Source of the DNA: a virus
Lineage: Duplodnaviria; Caudoviricetes
Virus record (IMG/VR): IMGVR_UViG_3300005805_000076
Location: 7,929 to 71,928 of that record
Reading direction: 5' to 3' (one strand)
DNA: 64,000 bases
Shown: positions 58,275 through 64,000 of the stretch, piece by piece
Position numbering within the stretch: position 1 is the first letter of the stretch
Layout: each line of letters starts with the position of its first letter
The notes under the pieces: model-generated
What the model saw: the letters and a program-made list of their open reading frames with translations, nothing else
Databases searched by the model: none
Told to the model about the DNA's origin: nothing
Made by a program: the position numbers and the translations under genes

Positions 58275-59923
58275 AACTGTCTTCCTAATTGTTTAGCATA
58301 TTGACGCAGCCAATCCCATTCAAAACTACACATAAGTTTTTCTAATTCACCATCTACCTTATCATAGTATTCAACTGCATCAGCAGCACCTTGAAGGCAC
58401 CAATTTGCATTTGCTCCGTTGGCTCGTGTAGTCCAAACTTTTAATCTATAAGCAGTATCCACACTGGGAGCAATATTATTGAAATGCTTTAATTTTAATA
58501 CTTCTCTAAAAGTAGTACGCCAAGTCATCCACGGATCGCTGTTAAAATGAGCCGTAGCACTAAGCACAGGAATTACAGTGTGATCCTTACTTAAAGTAAA
58601 ATCTAATCCATAAATGTCTGTTTCTAGTACCAGCCTTTTATTATAAGCAATCACTCCCATATGTCCGTACTCTAAACCATTTAATATATTTTTAGCGTGG
58701 AATATATAGTGTTTTGGTTGTTGCAGATAGTCTGGTTGCCAGTTCCAATCAAAGTTACTATCTACTTCCAATTTTGCAAATACTGCAAAGAACCAATCTG
58801 ATTCACTGGCCTTTGCGGCAGCTTTGTAGGCTGCGGCTCTTCCATTTACATTTCTAATCCATCTTACTGGGCGTTGAGATCGTTGACAGAGTATTTCATG
58901 CCACTTTTCCTCATTAGGTTCCCCATTGCTTATATAGACAATATCCATAGCAGAATCTGCAATATATTGCTTAGTTTGTGTGGTTTCTTCGCGGTTTATG
59001 TAAGGATAATCATACAATTGTGTACGTATATGACTCTTAGCGTCTCTAGGCACAAGGGCAGTGCTGTTACTGCGATTAAATGTTTCTATACTTCTATCTT
59101 TTTCACTCCAAACGCAAGGATCATAAAATAAATCATTGACCCAAAAGTCTTTGGTGAAAACAGCATAAGGGTGTTCAAATTTATAATTTTGTACTGCCTT
59201 TACTAAATTGTCACCATCATATTTCTTTAGGGGGATAGGTAATCTTGGTACGGACGGTACTTCGATATAGTTTATTACTCTAAACCAATCTAAAATTTCA
59301 AGTTCTGCATTTTGAAGGAACCAAGATTTTGGTCTGAAATAAAAAGTATCACCGCGAGATTGTCTGCCGCTAGCGAAACAATGAATCATATCTTCCTGCC
59401 ACTGCGCATGGTGCCAATTAAAAGGAAAGGTATTATAATCACATATACTGCTTATAATCCAAACATATTCATCTTTAGCTAGATTAGCTATCCTATTAAA
59501 AACATTAAGATGACTGTCTACATATCTTGTATTAGTGAACTTTACATTTGGCCACAATGTTTTTAAATGTTTAAGTTGATCTTGACTCCCAGGATTCATG
59601 AAATCTAAATAGAAAACTTCAACTGACCCGCTTCTATATACCGTTGGCCCATCATCATGCCAATGCCATTTGTGGTCTTTAGTGCCTTTGGGTATTAGAT
59701 AAGTTCCGCCGTTACGTTGCCATTGGCTGGGCCACACATGGGTATGGTCCGCTTCCCATGGCGGCGGTTCATATTCAAAATCAAATTTGTTATAATCATT
59801 GTCACCATGCAAATACCAAAAGTATTTTGTTTTACACTGTTGATCCGCAGATTCAATTGAATCTGCATACTTTTCAAATGCAAAAATATTAGGTTTTGGC
59901 CCAGTATAAAAAACATCAAACAT
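58271..59923 (-). CDS. glycosyltransferase-like protein
   Basis: DIVYISNGE..GRAAAYKAAA..FFAVFAK GT-A-like C-terminal domain; start 59923 or 59941. Confidence 0.55.
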   Translation of the reverse strand: MFDVFYTGPKPNIFAFEKYADSIESADQQCKTKYFWYLHGDNDYNKFDFEYEPPPWEADHTHVWPSQWQRNGGTYLIPKGTKDHKWHWHDDGPTVYRSGSVEVFYLDFMNPGSQDQLKHLKTLWPNVKFTNTRYVDSHLNVFNRIANLAKDEYVWIISSICDYNTFPFNWHHAQWQEDMIHCFASGRQSRGDTFYFRPKSWFLQNAELEILDWFRVINYIEVPSVPRLPIPLKKYDGDNLVKAVQNYKFEHPYAVFTKDFWVNDLFYDPCVWSEKDRSIETFNRSNSTALVPRDAKSHIRTQLYDYPYINREETTQTKQYIADSAMDIVYISNGEPNEEKWHEILCQRSQRPVRWIRNVNGRAAAYKAAAKASESDWFFAVFAKLEVDSNFDWNWQPDYLQQPKHYIFHAKNILNGLEYGHMGVIAYNKRLVLETDIYGLDFTLSKDHTVIPVLSATAHFNSDPWMTWRTTFREVLKLKHFNNIAPSVDTAYRLKVWTTRANGANANWCLQGAADAVEYYDKVDGELEKLMCSFEWDWLRQYAKQLGRQF

Positions 59924-59924
59924 T

Positions 59925-60851
59925 TTAAGGTATATTTTCACTTACAAAAAAAGTAACTAGATTAGGATATTTCAATGTTACATTCTTATGATAGTATTCA
60001 TAATTTAAAAAATTATCATTGATTGGGCTACCTAATACTATGTCTCCTACTGTATATATGGGGTTCTCAAGATCATAATTCGAAAACTTTTCTTTATATC
60101 TTGTTAGAATAGATTGATATTTTTTAATCATATATGTTGGCGAAACTGAATTAGGTCGATGCCTTATTGCTACAGCACAGCTAATACTTTGTTGTTGATT
60201 GGTTAATTTGTTTTCAATTAATTCCCAATCATTATCTAAAGCAGCACGAAACAAAGATTTGCCTAAAATGTTTTCATCTAACAACAGATGCCCAAATTCT
60301 GATGGCTCTTTATAAGAAAAGTCTTCGTCAGTTAGCGGTAATTGTAAGTTATTGTTACTATCAGCTTTGATTATTTCTAATGAAAAGTGCATTGAATTGG
60401 CATCAACTTCTAATAAATGTACATACCTATTAATATTTTGAAATTCTTCATTAAGTTTTGCTGCTTGAGCTAATTTTAACTTTGATTCAAAGATAAAATG
60501 TATATTGTGCAGTTTGTTAAAATCATTACTAGTATTGTCAGTCAACAGTAACGACTCGTTAAATAATTGAATTTTACTATTCACCTTTGTTATTTCAAAA
60601 TTAAGTTTTTCTTTTATTTTGTTTCTCTCAACATTGTTATAATCACCATAATAATTATATATGAGATTTTTGGTAGTTTGATTTAAGAAATGATAATAGG
60701 TCCGTAAAAATTTATCTACGATAGGATTATCACGCAATTTATAGGTTATAGTTATGGAATTATCTAAGTCATAGCTATCATGTACAAAAGATCTTTTCTG
60801 TACTTCAAAACGATCAATGTTTTGAGAATCGTAGACTATGTTAAAGAACAT
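59925..60851 (-). CDS. hypothetical protein
   Basis: 308-aa very AT-rich ORF. Confidence 0.6.
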   Translation of the reverse strand: MFFNIVYDSQNIDRFEVQKRSFVHDSYDLDNSITITYKLRDNPIVDKFLRTYYHFLNQTTKNLIYNYYGDYNNVERNKIKEKLNFEITKVNSKIQLFNESLLLTDNTSNDFNKLHNIHFIFESKLKLAQAAKLNEEFQNINRYVHLLEVDANSMHFSLEIIKADSNNNLQLPLTDEDFSYKEPSEFGHLLLDENILGKSLFRAALDNDWELIENKLTNQQQSISCAVAIRHRPNSVSPTYMIKKYQSILTRYKEKFSNYDLENPIYTVGDIVLGSPINDNFLNYEYYHKNVTLKYPNLVTFFVSENIP

Positions 60852-62145
60852 TAATATTGTTCCACCAATCTAATATCTCAGCTCTAGGTTGAAGTATATC
60901 CCGCATAGTAAATTTATCATTGCGTATTTGTTCTAATTGCAGGATTCTTTTCTTACCTTGTATCAGCCCTTGTTTATACCTGTCAGGCCATTGTTCTTCA
61001 AATGTTTTTCTGTTCTTTAACTGTAATAAAATATCGCGCATTGCGCCCTGTATCTTAACGTTACTGCAAATATCATCAATCCATGTATGTAACAAAGGTT
61101 TGGGCAATGCTAAGGGAGATAGAATTATATTGGGATCAAAACTAAAAACTACCTTTGCCAATATATCTACATCCATTTCTTTGGCTAAATCTATAATGTT
61201 TTCTATCTCAAACATACCGGGCAAAGTTAGGGTAAAATCTATCCTCATTTGTCTACGATGTGTTTGAATATCAACACCTTGTTGAAAGTTAGTTTTCCAT
61301 TGACTATAATTTAACCCGCTTCTAATATATTCTCCTAGGGCGCCAGTACCATCTAAACTAGCACACATTTGCCAATCACGCAATTTAGACAATATATCAT
61401 TATACAAATTTAAACCTTTGTAATTAACTCTACTTAGATTACTGTTATATCTAGCATAGACTTTAGGCCCGTCACCTAGTTCAATTATTCTAGGCATGTA
61501 TTTCCAATGCTGTTCGTACATCAAAGGTTCACCACCAACCCAATATATTTCCTCTACTCTATGTTCTTCTACTGCACAAGCGAACTCTTGTTCCACTTGT
61601 GTACTTTGAAAATCTTCAATTTCCTTACGTATATTGGGCAACATCCAAGCATTATTTGACTTTGTCAAATCTACCATATTATGCTGTTTCTGTTCAACTT
61701 CCCAACTACTGCTTAACATATCTCCACACATTCTACATTTAAAATTGCAAAGGTTACTGAATCTATAATCCCAGCTAACGGGTTGCATAGTAGTAGTTCC
61801 ATCTGGCAAGGTATTGGCCATTGCAAAATCATATCTATGTTTAAATAGATTATTGAAATAGGATCTATAAACGTCAGTGTTAAGAATTTTAGTGTTACAA
61901 ACTTCACATTCTGGTAATGTCTCACCAGCCATCATTCTTCGCCTAACACTTTTCATGTGTTCGCTGTTCCAGTGATCATGTAGGGTAATAGGACTATAAA
62001 TGCCTGATCCAGACTCTGTATCAATGTATTGTTTGAATGATTGTGCAGGTTCTCTGCTAGCGCAACATATTCTGCGTTCAGTCTGTGGACTAAGGTAAGT
62101 ATGTGTCCATGGTGCCATACAGAAGTTAGGATTACGTAATATCAT
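60841..62145 (-). CDS. radical SAM protein with N-terminal SPASM/twitch-like domain
   Basis: FCMAPW..RRICC..CEVC; NLCNFKCRMC; WVGGEPL. Confidence 0.85.
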   Translation of the reverse strand: MILRNPNFCMAPWTHTYLSPQTERRICCASREPAQSFKQYIDTESGSGIYSPITLHDHWNSEHMKSVRRRMMAGETLPECEVCNTKILNTDVYRSYFNNLFKHRYDFAMANTLPDGTTTMQPVSWDYRFSNLCNFKCRMCGDMLSSSWEVEQKQHNMVDLTKSNNAWMLPNIRKEIEDFQSTQVEQEFACAVEEHRVEEIYWVGGEPLMYEQHWKYMPRIIELGDGPKVYARYNSNLSRVNYKGLNLYNDILSKLRDWQMCASLDGTGALGEYIRSGLNYSQWKTNFQQGVDIQTHRRQMRIDFTLTLPGMFEIENIIDLAKEMDVDILAKVVFSFDPNIILSPLALPKPLLHTWIDDICSNVKIQGAMRDILLQLKNRKTFEEQWPDRYKQGLIQGKKRILQLEQIRNDKFTMRDILQPRAEILDWWNNINVL

Positions 62146-63244
62146 ATTTCTTTGCCAATTCTGGAAAGGTATTAGCAAAATTTAGATTTCTAATCTTATC
62201 AGTGGCAGCAATAAACTCTCTAAACTTTGTTATTTGATCTCCAGCTATATCCTTACTTAAATAATCTGGTGAAAAGAGATAATTATGATAGACACCAAAT
62301 TTTGGCCATCTGTCATTGATATAATTAGAAAACTCCTGTAACCTATGTGCGTTAAAAACGCTGACCGTTTGGGTAATACCAACTGAAAGATTAGGTTCGT
62401 TCAGTGAGTCTAACTTATTCATAGTAGATTCAACATCAGTCCATTGGGTAGGATATCTAATATAATAGTTACGACCTAGAATCTCATCTATGCTACAGGA
62501 AACATTTACATGTTGAAATCTTTTCCAATATTCAACAAGTTCATGAGGTAGCCTAGTAGCATTGATACTATAATGTAGTTTTATGTTTTTTGCATTTTGA
62601 TTTGAGATAAGTTTTTCTAACAATGAATAGTGCTGTGGAATAAGAGTAGGTTCTCCACCATTGATATAGATCTCCTTAAGGTCCTTGCTATAATTCGCTA
62701 TTTCTTCAAATGCACTAGTTGAGTCACACCAATTATTATATTCTTTGTGTTTATCCTTATACCACGGTAATACTTTCATTAACTTTTCGCTGTCCGGTAT
62801 CCATCTGCTGCTACTTATTGGATTGCAGGTAATACAGGCGCTGTTACAGGTATTAGCCAATCTTAATTCAATAAAAGAAAAGTTAATTTCTTTTAAACTG
62901 CCATCAGCATTTGTTCTTTCAATCAATTTTTCTTTAGGAATAAAAGGTAAGTATTTCTTATTTTCTCTTTGTCTTTTGCTGGTTTGTCCTGCAAGTTCTT
63001 TGTTTTTACAAGTTATGCAAGGTTCTGGCCAACGATTGTTTATTATATCTAACCTATAGCTATTAAAGTTTTCACTGTTTACAATTTCTTCAATGGTGTT
63101 GTTGTTTAGGGATTTTCTAGTTTCACGTTTTCCACCGCTTAGTGCATAGCCGTTGAGAGTATCTGCCTCGCAACACAAGCCTACTCTACCATTAGGATGT
63201 GTAGCTAGATGCATGAATGGCAAGCAACAGAAATTATCAGACAT
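62132..63244 (-). CDS. radical SAM protein with N-terminal SPASM/twitch-like domain
   Basis: FCCLPF..LCC..CITC; NTCNSACITC; INGGEP. Confidence 0.85.
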   Translation of the reverse strand: MSDNFCCLPFMHLATHPNGRVGLCCEADTLNGYALSGGKRETRKSLNNNTIEEIVNSENFNSYRLDIINNRWPEPCITCKNKELAGQTSKRQRENKKYLPFIPKEKLIERTNADGSLKEINFSFIELRLANTCNSACITCNPISSSRWIPDSEKLMKVLPWYKDKHKEYNNWCDSTSAFEEIANYSKDLKEIYINGGEPTLIPQHYSLLEKLISNQNAKNIKLHYSINATRLPHELVEYWKRFQHVNVSCSIDEILGRNYYIRYPTQWTDVESTMNKLDSLNEPNLSVGITQTVSVFNAHRLQEFSNYINDRWPKFGVYHNYLFSPDYLSKDIAGDQITKFREFIAATDKIRNLNFANTFPELAKKYDIT

Positions 63245-64000
63245 TATAATCCTTTAATGAAGCTAATTCAGGAAATACCTGCCAAAAATCTTCCCCTCTT
63301 ACATTATCTATTAATTTTATTTGAGCTATAAATTCATTCCAATGTGCGGTATTATCTGTTTTTAAAATATAGGTTAAAGCACTACGAAATCCACTTATAC
63401 TACGTTTGTACTCAGAATCTATAGGTTCTAACCATTTTATATGTTGTTCGTACGCTGGTTTAATAACTTCTTCTTTAAACGATTTTGGAAATATATCTGG
63501 TCTATAATGCAAGGGGAAAGTAACTGGATTTACATTAAAGTCCTGCGGTTCAATTAATCCTAAATCACACCATTCTTTATGGAAATCAAGTATATGTAAG
63601 ATGTTCATTGCACTCAGAGTGCAATTTATAAAAAAGTTGACATGTGGCAGTTCAGCTTGTAAGAATTTTCTATTGGATACGATCTTTTGCCATTCTGTTC
63701 CTTTTCTAATTAGTTCCCCCTTTGCGTGGCTACCATCTAAACTTGCTCCAACACTTATATTTTTAAACTTTTTCCAATAATCACAAATTTTCTTATCTTT
63801 ATACCTCAGTTCACTAAAATTTGTATTATATAATATTTTTACATCAGTTTTATTCAACTCTACTAACCTATCTAAGATATAATAATGTTCTTTCATTATT
63901 AATGGTTCACCACCAGCAAAGTAAATACGCTCTACATAAGGTAAATGTTCTTCCAATTGCTGAATAATAGATTCTTCATCGCCAGAGGTATATTCTATAC
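63237..64000 (-). CDS. radical SAM protein (5' partial)
   Basis: YFAGGEPL, YNTN, SLDG..ELIRKG; paralogue of the two adjacent genes. Confidence 0.8.
   Translation of the reverse strand, partial: IEYTSGDEESIIQQLEEHLPYVERIYFAGGEPLIMKEHYYILDRLVELNKTDVKILYNTNFSELRYKDKKICDYWKKFKNISVGASLDGSHAKGELIRKGTEWQKIVSNRKFLQAELPHVNFFINCTLSAMNILHILDFHKEWCDLGLIEPQDFNVNPVTFPLHYRPDIFPKSFKEEVIKPAYEQHIKWLEPIDSEYKRSISGFRSALTYILKTDNTAHWNEFIAQIKLIDNVRGEDFWQVFPELASLKDYNV

Noticed and set aside
1-64000. tRNA, rRNA, CRISPR, integrase or IS elements
   Set aside because: None recognisable by eye; a tRNAscan/Infernal run is needed to exclude small RNAs

Overview
AT-rich (roughly 35% GC by eye), gene-dense 64-kb segment of a large lytic tailed dsDNA phage with T4-like replication and late-promoter logic. 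The GH19 endolysin plus two-component spanin implies a Gram-negative host. In order: MazG, a DnaE-like fragment, GroES, cytidylyltransferase, clamp loader and PhoH; a lysis cassette whose holin-like gene was invaded by a GIY-YIG endonuclease; DnaJ, ClpA and a glycosyltransferase; an ~11.6-kb block of modular proteins with T4 internal-protein-like N-termini and repeated QGVAE linkers; Dps; a family B DNA polymerase broken into two genes by a naturally split intein with a Vsr-like endonuclease gene between the halves; a probable sliding clamp; a 7-deazaguanine cluster (TGT/DpdA-like, two QueD-type T-folds, FolE, QueE) interleaved with oxidoreductases, a glycosyltransferase, PRTase, HIT, cupin and two more homing endonucleases; RNase H-like and DEDD exonucleases; an unannotated 54-aa type IV pilin mimic; an early region with duplicated sigma70 promoters and a MoxR AAA+/VWA pair; DHFR, ThyA and sugar-nucleotide enzymes; and a convergent radical SAM array. 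No tRNA, rRNA or CRISPR array was seen. All calls come from motif reading and recalled family knowledge; no searches were run.
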